The notes under the pieces: generated by a model | The model's input: only the letters and a program-made list of their open reading frames with translations | Told to the model about the DNA's origin: nothing | Database searches by the model: none | Assembly (NCBI GenBank): GCA_964440545.1 | Contig: CAYTSO010000002.1 | Location: forward strand, 8,636-72,635 | Length of the DNA: 64,000 nt | Reading direction: 5' to 3' | Origin: an uncultured Candidatus Saccharibacteria bacterium | Lineage (GTDB): Bacteria > Patescibacteriota > Minisyncoccia > Phycocordibacterales > UBA9973 | In this document: in pieces, positions 1-14,071 of the stretch | Numbering within the stretch: position 1 is the stretch's first letter | Layout of the letters: each line of letters begins with the position of its first letter | Translations under genes and position numbers: made by a program

Positions 1-2227
<2,227 letters not shown>

Positions 2228-2248
2228 ATTGTTGCATTGGATAACGAG

Positions 2249-2368
2249 GAGCCACGCTCTGCGTGGCGAACCCTTTTGGATTCAGGATTTTTTGGGGGGA
2301 ATTCAGAACAGACGGCACTTCGTGCCGACCATTTTTTTGGTTCCGAAGCCCTTTTCGAAAATTTGCGG
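2249..2368. repeat. IR-A right arm (inverted copy of 716-835)
   Basis: Perfect reverse-complement match to 716-835. Confidence 0.9.
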
Positions 2369-2562
2369 TATTCATTGTACAAAATTCGAACCTTTTTTGA
2401 AATGAATCCCGACGAGGAAATCTGAAAAATGCGGACTCGGTTTTGCGAAACAATTTTCTGGGGATACGGATTCGCAAAACCTCGGCTGATTTTTCCGCCC
2501 GCATTCCTCCCCAGACCCCTCCTGCGGGCGGGTTTCGGATTCGCCAAATTATTTTTTCGCCA
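2365..2562. repeat. IR-B left arm: 198-bp perfect inverted repeat, partner 4032-4229. It overlaps IR-A right arm by 4 nt (GCGG).
   Basis: The reverse complement of 4032-4229 is identical to 2365-2562. It contains sub-hairpins CCGCCCGCAGG...CCTGCGGGCGG and TTTTGCGAA...TTCGCAAAA. Confidence 0.9.
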
Positions 2563-2636
2563 ATCAATATTCATATATGGAATTATAACTCCATATTGAG
2601 TATAAACGCAATAGTTGATAACATGTTAATATAAAT

Positions 2637-2843
2637 ATGGCTCAAATTTCCAAAAAATTAGGAGATAACATTAAGCGGATACGGCTTCGCCGTAAAATGT
2701 CGCAAGGCGACATTTGCCGAGCAATTGATATGGATAGAAGCTATATGAGCGCAATTGAAAGTGGTAAAAAGAATGTAACCATTGCCGTTGTAGAAAAACT
2801 TGCTCGTGCGCTTAATGTTTCAGTTGATGAGTTATTGAAATAA
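2637..2843 (+). CDS. XRE-family helix-turn-helix transcriptional regulator (68 aa)
   Basis: LGDNIKRIRLRRKMSQGDICRAIDMDRSYMSAIESGKKNVTIAVVEKLARALNVSVDELL is a classic Cro/C1-type HTH. Confidence 0.8.
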   Translation: MAQISKKLGDNIKRIRLRRKMSQGDICRAIDMDRSYMSAIESGKKNVTIAVVEKLARALNVSVDELLK

Positions 2844-2847
2844 TTTT

Positions 2848-3633
2848 ATGAAACCACATTTACTATTAGTACATTCATTTCCCACAAATAGTGTTTTACT
2901 TCATGGGTTAGAAGAATTTCTTTCCGATTTTTTTATAGTACATTTTATTGACCTTCCAGGTTTTCATAAAAATAATCCACCTTTTACTGGTGAGATAACT
3001 TTAGAAAGATTTTCAAATTATTTTGATAAAAAAATCGCGGGGTTAGATGTGGACGAGTATATTGTTGGAGGGGTATCGTTCGGTTTTCTGGTTGTTAATA
3101 ACGCGAAATTAGATAAGAGATGTAAAGCCATATTAGCCATGGAGCCGTTTGTGAATACGAAATGTTTGAATACTTCTTTTCTAAAACAAAGAGGTTATGT
3201 TGTTATGGCAATATTATTAAAACTTATACATTTTTTTCATATCGAAAAACAAATATGGAAATCAAAATGGTTTAATTGGGTTTTACAAAAAGAAGCGGAT
3301 TATCCAAAAGAGAGAGTGGATACAATAATTCAACACATAGATTCTCGAACATTTTTCTCCGTAACAAGTTTATTATTGAATTACAACAAGAATCCAAATT
3401 TTCACGAACTTCCATATTTTTTAATTGGAAACTTTGAGGATAAAACTATCAATTTTAACTCTGTTGTAGAAGTCTTTAAAAAAAATTTACGAAAACTGCA
3501 TATTTTTTCCGTGCCGATTGATCATTACCCAAAAGACTTAACAAAAGAATATTTCAAAGAAAGAATACCAAATGAAAACATACAAAGTATGATTGAATCA
3601 ATAACAAACAATGATTATCAATTAATTAAATAA
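2848..3633 (+). CDS. alpha/beta-hydrolase fold protein (putative esterase/lipase)
   Basis: N-terminal LLLVHSFPTNSVLLHG and the nucleophile elbow GVSFG (GxSxG). Function otherwise unknown. Confidence 0.5.
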   Translation: MKPHLLLVHSFPTNSVLLHGLEEFLSDFFIVHFIDLPGFHKNNPPFTGEITLERFSNYFDKKIAGLDVDEYIVGGVSFGFLVVNNAKLDKRCKAILAMEPFVNTKCLNTSFLKQRGYVVMAILLKLIHFFHIEKQIWKSKWFNWVLQKEADYPKERVDTIIQHIDSRTFFSVTSLLLNYNKNPNFHELPYFLIGNFEDKTINFNSVVEVFKKNLRKLHIFSVPIDHYPKDLTKEYFKERIPNENIQSMIESITNNDYQLIK

Positions 3634-3641
3634 AATATTAT

Positions 3642-4025
3642 ATGGAAAACGAAATTTTAATATTTATCATTTCATTTATTATCGGTTTGACATGGAATAG
3701 ATTTCTTTTCATTGTTGTCCCTGATTATTTCAAAAAACCTTTTGTCCGTTCTGTTATTAAATTACGATGGCATCATTTGCACATGGGACTTGTTTTGATT
3801 ACAATCGGCACAATATTTTTTTTACTGTCGCCCGGAAATATGTTTGTAAATATTTTGCTAGGGGTCGGGCTTGGATTAGCGATTGATCTTTTTATTCCTT
3901 CCATGCAATTGGAAACGGATAGAAATAAAGAATTGGTTGTATATCGTAGTTCATTAATACCTACTTTGTTGCTCGGAGCATTAATCGTGGTTATAATTGT
4001 TGTTTTATCAATTTTTAATAAATAG
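3642..4025 (+). CDS. small hydrophobic membrane protein (3-4 TM), hypothetical
   Basis: Hydrophobic segments such as ILIFIISFIIGLTW, LVLITIGTIFFLL and LLLGALIVVIIVVL. No recognisable motif. Confidence 0.45.
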   Translation: MENEILIFIISFIIGLTWNRFLFIVVPDYFKKPFVRSVIKLRWHHLHMGLVLITIGTIFFLLSPGNMFVNILLGVGLGLAIDLFIPSMQLETDRNKELVVYRSSLIPTLLLGALIVVIIVVLSIFNK

Positions 4026-4031
4026 AAATGA

Positions 4032-4229
4032 TGGCGAAAAAATAATTTGGCGAATCCGAAACCCGCCCGCAGGAGGGGTCTGGGGAGGAATGCGGGCGGA
4101 AAAATCAGCCGAGGTTTTGCGAATCCGTATCCCCAGAAAATTGTTTCGCAAAACCGAGTCCGCATTTTTCAGATTTCCTCGTCGGGATTCATTTCAAAAA
4201 AGGTTCGAATTTTGTACAATGAATACCGC
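4032..4229. repeat. IR-B right arm (inverted copy of 2365-2562)
   Basis: Perfect reverse-complement match. The ORFs 2220-2567(-) and 3997-4275(+) encode identical peptides, which confirms the inverted duplication. Confidence 0.9.
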
Positions 4230-4258
4230 CAAATATGATATAATACCCAAGCAAATTT

Positions 4259-5464
4259 ATGTTAAACACAGATAAAATAAGAGCCGATTTTAATATTTTA
4301 AGTTCAAAAAACGGGCTCGTGCCGTTATATTTAGACAATGCTTGCATGAGCCTAAAACCATTGCAGGTGGTTGAGGCAATGAACGACTATTATTTTAATT
4401 ACCCAGCTTGCGCTGGCCGAAGCTCTCATAAGTTGGGTGACAAGGTTACCAAAAAAGTAAAAGAAGCAAGACAAATTATCGCAAAATTTATTAATGCAAA
4501 GGAAGAGGAAATAGTTTTTACTCGCAATACTTCTGAAGGATTAAATTTACTGGCAAACTCTCTTGATTTAAAAAAAGGGGAGGCGGTTTTAATTTCCGAC
4601 AAAGAACATAATTCAAATTTAGTGCCTTGGCTTCGCCTACGAGACAAAACTGGCATTGAGGTAAGAGTGTGTCCATCCAAAGAAGATAATACCTTTGATC
4701 TAGAAAAGTTTTCAGAACTGGCAAAAGGCGTAAAATTAGTTTCCATGGTGCACACTTCTAATTTGGACGGAGTAACCAATCCGGCGAAGGAAATAATCGA
4801 AATTGCCCACAAAAATGGCGCTCTGGTTTGTTTGGATGTTGCGCAAAGTATTCCCCACAGAAAAATTGATGTGCAGGATTTGGATGTTGACTTTTTGGCC
4901 TTTTCCGGACACAAAATGCTAGGGCCTACCGGCACAGGGGTTTTTTATGGTAAAAAAGAATTGCTAGAAAAGCTTTCTTCGTTTTTAGTGGGAGGAGATA
5001 CGGTGGAATTTACTACTTATAATAGCTACAAAATGCTTCCGGTGCCGGAGAAATTTGAAGCGGGGCTCCAGGACTATGCAGGGATTATCGGATTAGGAGA
5101 AGCCGTTAAATACTTAAGTCAATTTGATTATAAAGACATTGCAGAACATGAACTTAAATTAAATACGTATATTACGGAAGAATTAAAAAAAATTTCAGAA
5201 ATAAAAATTATTGGGCCAACAGACCCAGCACAAAGGTCTGGCATTGTTAATTTTTATATAGAAAATACTGACATGCATAAGTTTGCGATAATGCTAGATG
5301 AAATGGAAAATGTTGAAATTCGTTCTGGACAGCACTGTGTTCATTCTTGGTTTAACAGTAAAAAAATTTACAACTCCGCCAGAGTTTCGTTATATTTATA
5401 TAACACAATGGAAGAAGCGGAGACCTTTATTACCAACTTAAACAAAATTATAAAAATACAATAA
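4259..5464 (+). CDS. cysteine desulfurase, class V aminotransferase (SufS/NifS/CsdA-like)
   Basis: PLP-lysine motif region SGHKMLGPTGTGVFYGKKELL and a full-length class V fold. Confidence 0.8.
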   Translation: MLNTDKIRADFNILSSKNGLVPLYLDNACMSLKPLQVVEAMNDYYFNYPACAGRSSHKLGDKVTKKVKEARQIIAKFINAKEEEIVFTRNTSEGLNLLANSLDLKKGEAVLISDKEHNSNLVPWLRLRDKTGIEVRVCPSKEDNTFDLEKFSELAKGVKLVSMVHTSNLDGVTNPAKEIIEIAHKNGALVCLDVAQSIPHRKIDVQDLDVDFLAFSGHKMLGPTGTGVFYGKKELLEKLSSFLVGGDTVEFTTYNSYKMLPVPEKFEAGLQDYAGIIGLGEAVKYLSQFDYKDIAEHELKLNTYITEELKKISEIKIIGPTDPAQRSGIVNFYIENTDMHKFAIMLDEMENVEIRSGQHCVHSWFNSKKIYNSARVSLYLYNTMEEAETFITNLNKIIKIQ

Positions 5465-5468
5465 ATTT

Positions 5469-6407
5469 ATGCCTTGTATAATTGCTTTAATTGTTTTTGG
5501 AATATTAGGAATCTTTAGCGCCTCTCACCGCGAGTTGGCGAAAGAGGCCTTCAGTTGTGTTTTTAGAAGAATTACTCTTCGTCCTTGCAATACTGGCTTT
5601 GCCGACAAAATTAAAGGAAAAATTTTGTCAAAAATTGTTACTCGTTCTACTTTTCTTGCCAAGATGGTAAATAAGCATTATGAGATCTTGTCCTGGATAT
5701 TTTTTGTTTTAATGCTGGGTAGCACCATTTGGATTGTGTGGGGTGTTTATAATTTTTATGTTTATGGAAGCTGTAATGGGTTAAATGCAAGTGGGTTTTG
5801 CGCCTTTGATCCAAGTGGAGAAAACAACAAAGTGACTTCACTTATAGACCCAAATGCCTGTGGAATTACTCAACAAACAGAAGCAACCGTTACCCTTAAA
5901 GATGTGGATTTTTCTAGCTTTCCAACAAAGAACATCGGGGCAAAAGATACTGTTGTTTTAATTGGTTGCTATGCCTGTGATTATAGCCGAAAAGCCTATC
6001 CAGACATACAAAAATTAACAGAAAAGGAGGAAACAAATTATATTTTCGCCCATTATCCAGCCAAAGGGGATACAATGTTTTTGGGAGACGTGGGTTATTG
6101 CGTTTATAAGGATTATCCAGAACAATTTTGGGATTTCAATAACTACTTATTTACCGCTGAAAAAGATTTCGTTCTTAATAAAACAAACATTGACCAAATC
6201 TTAAGTAATTTTGATCTGGATGTAGAAAAAGTTAAAGAATGCGCGAACAGCGCAGAAACAAAAACAGCGGTAGAGAACCAAGTCAAAGAACTCAATAAAA
6301 CAAATATGTACGGAACACCAACAATATTTATCAATGGTAAGGCTTTCGTCGGGCCGAAACCATATCGCGTTTATCGAAGCGCAATTAATAAGTTTATTTT
6401 CTTTTAA
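5469..6407 (+). CDS. membrane-anchored DsbA-family/thioredoxin-fold thiol:disulfide oxidoreductase
   Basis: Two N-terminal TM segments, a CxxC motif (GCYACDY) and a C-terminal GTPTIFINGK typical of DsbA-like domains. Confidence 0.55.
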   Translation: MPCIIALIVFGILGIFSASHRELAKEAFSCVFRRITLRPCNTGFADKIKGKILSKIVTRSTFLAKMVNKHYEILSWIFFVLMLGSTIWIVWGVYNFYVYGSCNGLNASGFCAFDPSGENNKVTSLIDPNACGITQQTEATVTLKDVDFSSFPTKNIGAKDTVVLIGCYACDYSRKAYPDIQKLTEKEETNYIFAHYPAKGDTMFLGDVGYCVYKDYPEQFWDFNNYLFTAEKDFVLNKTNIDQILSNFDLDVEKVKECANSAETKTAVENQVKELNKTNMYGTPTIFINGKAFVGPKPYRVYRSAINKFIFF

Positions 6408-6414
6408 TTAATGC

Positions 6415-6831
6415 TTGAGAAAAATAAAATATATGAAAGGATTTAACACAAACATAGAAAAAGAAACATTAGCGAATGAAAATTTTCGCAAAGTATTATA
6501 CACCGGAAAGCATAGCCAGCTCGTCTTGATGAGCTTAAAACCAAAAGAAGAAATCGGAATGGAGGTGCATGAAGAGAACGATCAATTTTTCCGTTTTGAG
6601 AAAGGACAAGGAAAATGTATTATTGACGATAGTTCCTACGAGCTGTCGGACGGATCAGTCATTGTTGTTCCGGCTGGAGCGCAACATAATATTATTAACA
6701 CCTCCGAGGCAGAAGATTTAAAACTTTATACGATTTATTCTCCGGCGCACCACAAGGATGGTATTGTGCGAGCCACAAAAGAAGAAGCAGAAAAAAACGA
6801 GGAGGAGTTTGATGGGGTAACAACAGAATAA
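6415..6831 (+). CDS. cupin-domain protein
   Basis: A small beta-barrel protein carrying the segment VIVVPAGAQHNII. Confidence 0.5.
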   Translation: MRKIKYMKGFNTNIEKETLANENFRKVLYTGKHSQLVLMSLKPKEEIGMEVHEENDQFFRFEKGQGKCIIDDSSYELSDGSVIVVPAGAQHNIINTSEAEDLKLYTIYSPAHHKDGIVRATKEEAEKNEEEFDGVTTE

Positions 6832-6861
6832 GATCAATTATTAATTATTCAAAACAAATTT

Positions 6862-7272
6862 ATGGAAAACATGGAAAATAAAAAAAATATTTTAGAAATA
6901 GCACACGAAAATTTTAAAGTTTGGAATGATGCACTGCAGACAAAAGATCCTGCCAAGGTGGCCGAGTTGTATTCAGAGGATAGTACGTTTCTGCCTACGA
7001 TGTCTGGAGATTTTAAAATTGGTCAAGGGGGAGCTGAAAGTTATTTTGAGCACTTTTTGCAGAAAGATCCAATCGGCACAATAAAAGAAGAAAAAGTTCA
7101 AGAAACTGGACCGGATAGTTACTTACACTCTGGCATGTATGATTTTGAAGTTGGGCCAGCAGACAAGAGAGAGATTGCAGAAGCCCGCTTTACTTACCTC
7201 TGGAAAAAAGACAAAGACGGAAATTGGAAAATTGCTCACCATCATTCTTCAGTAAAACCGCAAGCTCACTAA
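6862..7272 (+). CDS. SnoaL-like / NTF2-like fold protein (DUF4440-like)
   Basis: The pattern FKVWNDALQTKD...ARFTYLWKKDKDGNWKIAHHHSS resembles NTF2-like / CaMKII-association-domain proteins. Confidence 0.5.
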   Translation: MENMENKKNILEIAHENFKVWNDALQTKDPAKVAELYSEDSTFLPTMSGDFKIGQGGAESYFEHFLQKDPIGTIKEEKVQETGPDSYLHSGMYDFEVGPADKREIAEARFTYLWKKDKDGNWKIAHHHSSVKPQAH

Positions 7273-7281
7273 TTTCTTAAC

Positions 7282-7310
7282 AAAATCCCCCAAATGGGGG
7301 ATTTTGTTTT
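7282..7310 (+). terminator. rho-independent terminator
   Basis: Hairpin AAAATCCCCC-AAAT-GGGGGATTTT followed by a T-run. Confidence 0.6.
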
Positions 7311-7327
7311 TGGGGTATAATACAATT

Positions 7328-10321
7328 ATGCCAGAAGCAAACTTTAGAAAAGAATTAAACAAACTAAACAAGGCCCAAAAAGAGGCCGTGGAGGCCATAG
7401 AAGGGCCGGTAATGGTGGTGGCAGGACCTGGAACAGGTAAAACTAAAATTTTGACCTATCGCATTGCTAATATTTTGATAAAAACCGACACCGCACCGGA
7501 GAGTATTTTAGCTCTTACTTATACCACAGCAGGTGTTATCTCTATGCGCGAGAAACTTCTTGAAATAATCGGAGAGAGGGCCTATCGAGTAAATATTTTT
7601 ACTTTCCATGCTTTTTGTGAGCACGTTATAAAAGAGTTTTCTTTTTACTTTGAAAATCTAGAGAATTCAAGAGTGATCGGAGACTTAGATAGAGTGGAGA
7701 TCATAGAATCTATTATTAAAAAAAATAATTTTAAACATCTTATCTCTTTTCACGACGAATTTTCTTTTTTAAATAAGATTGTTGGTGCTATTTTGGCAAT
7801 TAAAATGGAAGGATTATCTCCGAAGGAATTCTCAAAAAAAATGCCAGTTTGGAAAAAAGAACTTTTAGCAAACGATAGTTTATATTATAAAAAAGATTAT
7901 GGTGAATATAAAAAAGGTGCTATAAAACCGGCGGAAGAGGAAAAGGTAAATAAAAAAATAGAAAAAGCGGAAGAACTAGGAGAGATATTTTCACTTTATC
8001 AAACAGAGTTGGAAAAACACGGCTTCTACGATTTTTCTGACATGGTTCTTTATGTTTTAGAGGAGCTCTCAAAAAATAAAAATTTGAAAGCAGACGTGCA
8101 AGAAAAATATCAATATATTTTAGTGGATGAGCATCAGGATACAAATGAAGGACAAAATACTTTAATAGAACTTTTAACAGACGCCTCACACTTAGAAGGA
8201 AAGCCGAATCTGTTTACCGTAGGAGACGAAAAACAGTCTATTTATCGATTCCAGGGAGCGAGTGTGGAAACCTTTTCAAGATTTCAGAAATTATACAAAG
8301 CAATACATTCAATTACTCTATCTGAAAACTATCGATCCACTCAGAATATTTTAGATGGCGCGCACAGTCTGGTTGTAAAAATAAAGGACTTAGGGAGGAG
8401 CATAAAGTTAAGAGCAAACACAAAGAAAAAAAACGAGAAAATAAACATCCGTAAATTTTCTAATTACAAATTTGAACTGTTGTTTCTGGCGGAAGACATT
8501 CAGTCAAAAATTAAAAAAGGAATTAATCCAAGCGAAATTGCTGTTTTGTATCGAGCTAATAAAAACGTTTCAGAGATAAAGACTATTTTTGATTATTATA
8601 AGATTCCTTATACCATTTTTTCCAAAGACAAAATATTAGATGATCCAAATATTGCAAATTTAATAAATATTTTAAGGGTTATTCATAACCCCAACGATGA
8701 TCATCATTTGGGCAAGGTATCTTTTGCTAATTTTTTGAAATTAGATGCTTATGATGCCGTTAGAATACTAGATAAACATGGAACTTTGCGCGGAAAGGAG
8801 AAAAAGCATATTTTCACCATTATCTCGGATAAAAAAATTTTAAAAGAGATAGGAGTGGAAAAAATAGATGATTTTATAAAATTTGCAAAGATCATAAAAG
8901 AACTAAAGACTGAATCCAGTAATCAAAACTTTACAGACTTTTTTAAGATATTTTTAGATAAAATCGGTTACCTTAAATACATGATTGGGTCTGTTGACAG
9001 TCGACTACAGCTTCTGAAATTAGATAAATTTTTCGACGAAATAAAAAAGCAATACGAGACAAAGCAAAATTATAGTTTGGCAAATTTTATTTATTTTGTT
9101 GATTCATTTATTAAATACGATTTAGACATTAAAAGTACCGACCCGGAAGTTATTGAAGGAGTATCTTTAATGACTGCACACGGGTCAAAGGGGAGAGAAT
9201 TTGAACATGTTTATATAATAAATGCCACTAGAAAATCTTGGGAAAGTCGTAGCGTAGGAAACAACATTTCCTTGCCGATTTATCAGCATGACGGGAACAT
9301 TGACGACGAAAGAAGATTATTTTATGTAGCCATGACTCGGGCCAAAAATAGTTTGCATATTTCTTTCGCCAAAACCGACAATGACGGCAGAGAACACGAG
9401 GGATCAGAGTTCATTAGGGAAATTAGTGAATCATGCAAAAAAGAAGAGGAAATGAAAGATTTTGAAGAGAAAAATATTGATAAAATTGTATCATTTATGA
9501 ATTTTGAGAAACGTTCTGCGTCTTTATTTGACTCAATATATTTACGCCAGCTCTTTTTTAAGAGAGGGCTTAACGTTTCTGCCTTAAATAATTATCTAGA
9601 CTGCCCGAAAAAGTATTTATATAAAAACTTAATTAGGATACCCGACGTGTATTCCGCAAGTTTGATATTTGGAAATATTATTGATTTTACCCTGAATAGA
9701 TTTTTTGAAAGATGCAAAAAGACAGAAAAGATTTTACCTAAAAAGATACTACTGGAAGAGTTTGACAAGGGGTTATCTAAATATGTTTTTGCCGAAAAGG
9801 ATGAAAAAAAATTTAGAGAACGAGGAGAAAAAGCATTGTCCCAATATTATGATGAATATTCAGATAAATGGACACACAAAATAGATACACAGTATCACGT
9901 GGAAAGGAATTTTGAGCTAAAAAACAAAGAAGTTCTCAAGATAAGCGGGACTTTAGATAAAATAGAATACTTGAAGGATTTATCTGGGCCTGTGATCAAT
10001 ATAATTGATCACAAAACGGGCAAGACCTTTTCGGAGAAAACAAAAGAACAAAAAGCCGACTATGAAAGGCAGTTAGTTTTTTATAAATTGCTACTTGCAG
10101 ATTACGATAAAAAAAATTTTAAAATAAATAAAAACATTCTTGATTTTATAGAAAAAAACAAAAAAGGAAAATTCGAGCAATATTCCCTAGAGGTGACGAG
10201 AGAACATTTAGAAAAATTAAAAAAAGAGATAAATCTCTGCGCAGAGGATGTTTTCTCTATGAAATTCCTTGAAAAAGGTTGCAATAGAAAAGACTGTGAA
10301 TGGTGTCAACTGGAACGGTAG
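7328..10321 (+). CDS. UvrD/PcrA-family SF1 helicase fused to a C-terminal PD-(D/E)xK (RecB/Cas4-like, Cys-containing) nuclease domain
   Basis: Walker A VVAGPGTGKTKIL with UvrD motifs. The C-terminus has IIDHKTGK and the Cys cluster CNRKDCEWC. The start was moved to the ATG at 7328 because the 7304 start overlaps the terminator hairpin. A TATAAT sits at 7316-7321. Confidence 0.75.
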   Translation: MPEANFRKELNKLNKAQKEAVEAIEGPVMVVAGPGTGKTKILTYRIANILIKTDTAPESILALTYTTAGVISMREKLLEIIGERAYRVNIFTFHAFCEHVIKEFSFYFENLENSRVIGDLDRVEIIESIIKKNNFKHLISFHDEFSFLNKIVGAILAIKMEGLSPKEFSKKMPVWKKELLANDSLYYKKDYGEYKKGAIKPAEEEKVNKKIEKAEELGEIFSLYQTELEKHGFYDFSDMVLYVLEELSKNKNLKADVQEKYQYILVDEHQDTNEGQNTLIELLTDASHLEGKPNLFTVGDEKQSIYRFQGASVETFSRFQKLYKAIHSITLSENYRSTQNILDGAHSLVVKIKDLGRSIKLRANTKKKNEKINIRKFSNYKFELLFLAEDIQSKIKKGINPSEIAVLYRANKNVSEIKTIFDYYKIPYTIFSKDKILDDPNIANLINILRVIHNPNDDHHLGKVSFANFLKLDAYDAVRILDKHGTLRGKEKKHIFTIISDKKILKEIGVEKIDDFIKFAKIIKELKTESSNQNFTDFFKIFLDKIGYLKYMIGSVDSRLQLLKLDKFFDEIKKQYETKQNYSLANFIYFVDSFIKYDLDIKSTDPEVIEGVSLMTAHGSKGREFEHVYIINATRKSWESRSVGNNISLPIYQHDGNIDDERRLFYVAMTRAKNSLHISFAKTDNDGREHEGSEFIREISESCKKEEEMKDFEEKNIDKIVSFMNFEKRSASLFDSIYLRQLFFKRGLNVSALNNYLDCPKKYLYKNLIRIPDVYSASLIFGNIIDFTLNRFFERCKKTEKILPKKILLEEFDKGLSKYVFAEKDEKKFRERGEKALSQYYDEYSDKWTHKIDTQYHVERNFELKNKEVLKISGTLDKIEYLKDLSGPVINIIDHKTGKTFSEKTKEQKADYERQLVFYKLLLADYDKKNFKINKNILDFIEKNKKGKFEQYSLEVTREHLEKLKKEINLCAEDVFSMKFLEKGCNRKDCEWCQLER

Positions 10322-10341
10322 GTTTTTATGGCAGTAGCAAT

Positions 10342-11481
10342 TTAACGAATGGTTGCCCCGAAAACCCTTGTGGTCATATCCTCAACTTTCTTGTGGACTT
10401 CGTCGATTTCTGCTGAAGTTAGGGTTTTTTCTAGAGAGCGGTAAGTAATTCTGTAAGCATAGCTTATTTTTCCTTCACCGAATTTTTCAACATTCTCATA
10501 CTTGTCTAATAATTCAACTTCTTCTACTATTCCGGGAGCTGCCTCTCGCACAAAATCAAAATAATCATTTGGAACAAAATCATTTTTCACGATAAAAGAA
10601 ATATCCCTAACTATCGGTGGGTATTTACTTACCTCGACATATTTTTGATCTAACTTTAATTGTTTTTTCACTCTTTCGTCATCGCTCCAAAGAAGACGAA
10701 TGTCTGGTAATTCCATACTAACAATAGCAAGTCTTTCTAGCCCAAAACCAAAAGCCCAACCGGTATAATTGGATGAATCAACTCCCAATTTTTCCAACAC
10801 ACTTCCTTTTACTACGCCACAACCAACTACTTCCACCCAATTGCCATCTATGTAAACTTCCATTTCTAACGAAGGATCCGTGTAAGGAAAAGTGTCTTTG
10901 TTTAGACGATATTTTACATTCGGCCCGAACACTGCTTTGGCAATATTTCCTAAAGCTTCCTCCAGGTCTTTTTGCCCGATAGTTTTTAAGGATTTTGGAG
11001 CCAGATACCAGCCGTCAATTTGATGAAAAACATTCATGTGTTTCCTGTCAACTTCGTCTTTTCGGTAAACCTTACCGAAACTAAAAGAGCCGACTGGCTT
11101 ATTTTCTGCAATTCTCTTTTTTACTTCTTCATTTTTTAAGTAGTAATACCACATTACTGTCGTATGGGTACGTAAAATATTTTTTTCATCAACGTAGTAG
11201 GTGTCGGATTTGCTTCTAGCCGGGTGGTCCATCGGAAAGTCAAATAAATCAAAACTAATATCGGCTGGAACGATTTCTGGAATTTCGATAATATCTAAAT
11301 CTTTAAAGTATGGGTTGGCTAGTATTCGGTCAACTATTTCTTTAATTGGACTACCAGTGGTTCGAGACAGGTCCGGCATGCTCAAATAGCGTCTCAATCG
11401 CTCTGAATATGGATCCTTTTTACCCTCCAGCTCATTTTTTAATTTTGCTTCCTCTTTTGAAGTGATTTTTATATTTTCCAT
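10342..11481 (-). CDS. pheS: phenylalanine--tRNA ligase alpha subunit
   Basis: Motif FDFPMDHPARSKSDTYYV (the HPAR motif) and the class II core GWAFGFGLERLAIV. Confidence 0.85.
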   Translation of the reverse strand: MENIKITSKEEAKLKNELEGKKDPYSERLRRYLSMPDLSRTTGSPIKEIVDRILANPYFKDLDIIEIPEIVPADISFDLFDFPMDHPARSKSDTYYVDEKNILRTHTTVMWYYYLKNEEVKKRIAENKPVGSFSFGKVYRKDEVDRKHMNVFHQIDGWYLAPKSLKTIGQKDLEEALGNIAKAVFGPNVKYRLNKDTFPYTDPSLEMEVYIDGNWVEVVGCGVVKGSVLEKLGVDSSNYTGWAFGFGLERLAIVSMELPDIRLLWSDDERVKKQLKLDQKYVEVSKYPPIVRDISFIVKNDFVPNDYFDFVREAAPGIVEEVELLDKYENVEKFGEGKISYAYRITYRSLEKTLTSAEIDEVHKKVEDMTTRVFGATIR

Positions 11482-11514
11482 TCTTTTAATATAAAGAAAA
11501 AAGCCTCAAAAGTA

Positions 11515-11552
11515 AACCCGCACACTTATTTTTGACAAAATAAGTGTGCGGG
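11515..11552. promoter_or_regulatory. 14-bp-stem hairpin in the divergent pheS/gyrB intergenic region
   Basis: CCCGCACACTTATTT-TTGACAA-AATAAGTGTGCGGG. A TGcTATAAT -10 box for gyrB is at 11600-11608. Confidence 0.4.
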
Positions 11553-11606
11553 TAAAGGTTTTTTGGGTAAAAAGGCGCTAGTATTTATGGTAGTTTTTTG
11601 CTATAA

Positions 11607-13703
<2,097 letters not shown>

Positions 13704-13711
13704 TAAATTAT

Positions 13712-14062
13712 ATGGAAGAAAAACAAATTACAACAATGAAGGAGGCCCAGAAGCTACTTAAATTTTTTGCTGAGCGAAACAATTGGAATGATCTGCCAAA
13801 TGTTGATAAGTTTGATCATCTTCATGAAGAGCTTATCGAAATGTCTCAACACTTACGTTACAAGTCAGAAGAAGAACGTAAAAAATTTGTTGAAGAAAAT
13901 AAGCATATATTTGTTGACGGAATAGGTGATTTATTTTTTGGAACCTGCCGGCTCGCTAACCAACTTGGTGTGGACATTGAAGAAGCATTTAATTTAGTCA
14001 AAAAGGAAATTCTCGCAAAATACAATCACAAAAACCCTGAAAACAATATTGTCAGGAAGTAG
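13712..14062 (+). CDS. MazG-like nucleotide pyrophosphohydrolase domain protein
   Basis: Pattern DHLHEELIEMSQ...DGIGDLFFGTCRLANQLGVDIEEAF, typical of MazG/NTP-PPase. Confidence 0.6.
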   Translation: MEEKQITTMKEAQKLLKFFAERNNWNDLPNVDKFDHLHEELIEMSQHLRYKSEEERKKFVEENKHIFVDGIGDLFFGTCRLANQLGVDIEEAFNLVKKEILAKYNHKNPENNIVRK

Positions 14063-14071
14063 ATACGTCGC

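Noticed and set aside
11515-11552. Hairpin between pheS and gyrB as a rho-independent terminator
   Set aside because: It lies upstream of both divergent genes with no upstream gene to terminate. It is more likely a regulatory or structural element, and was kept only as a low-confidence regulatory feature.
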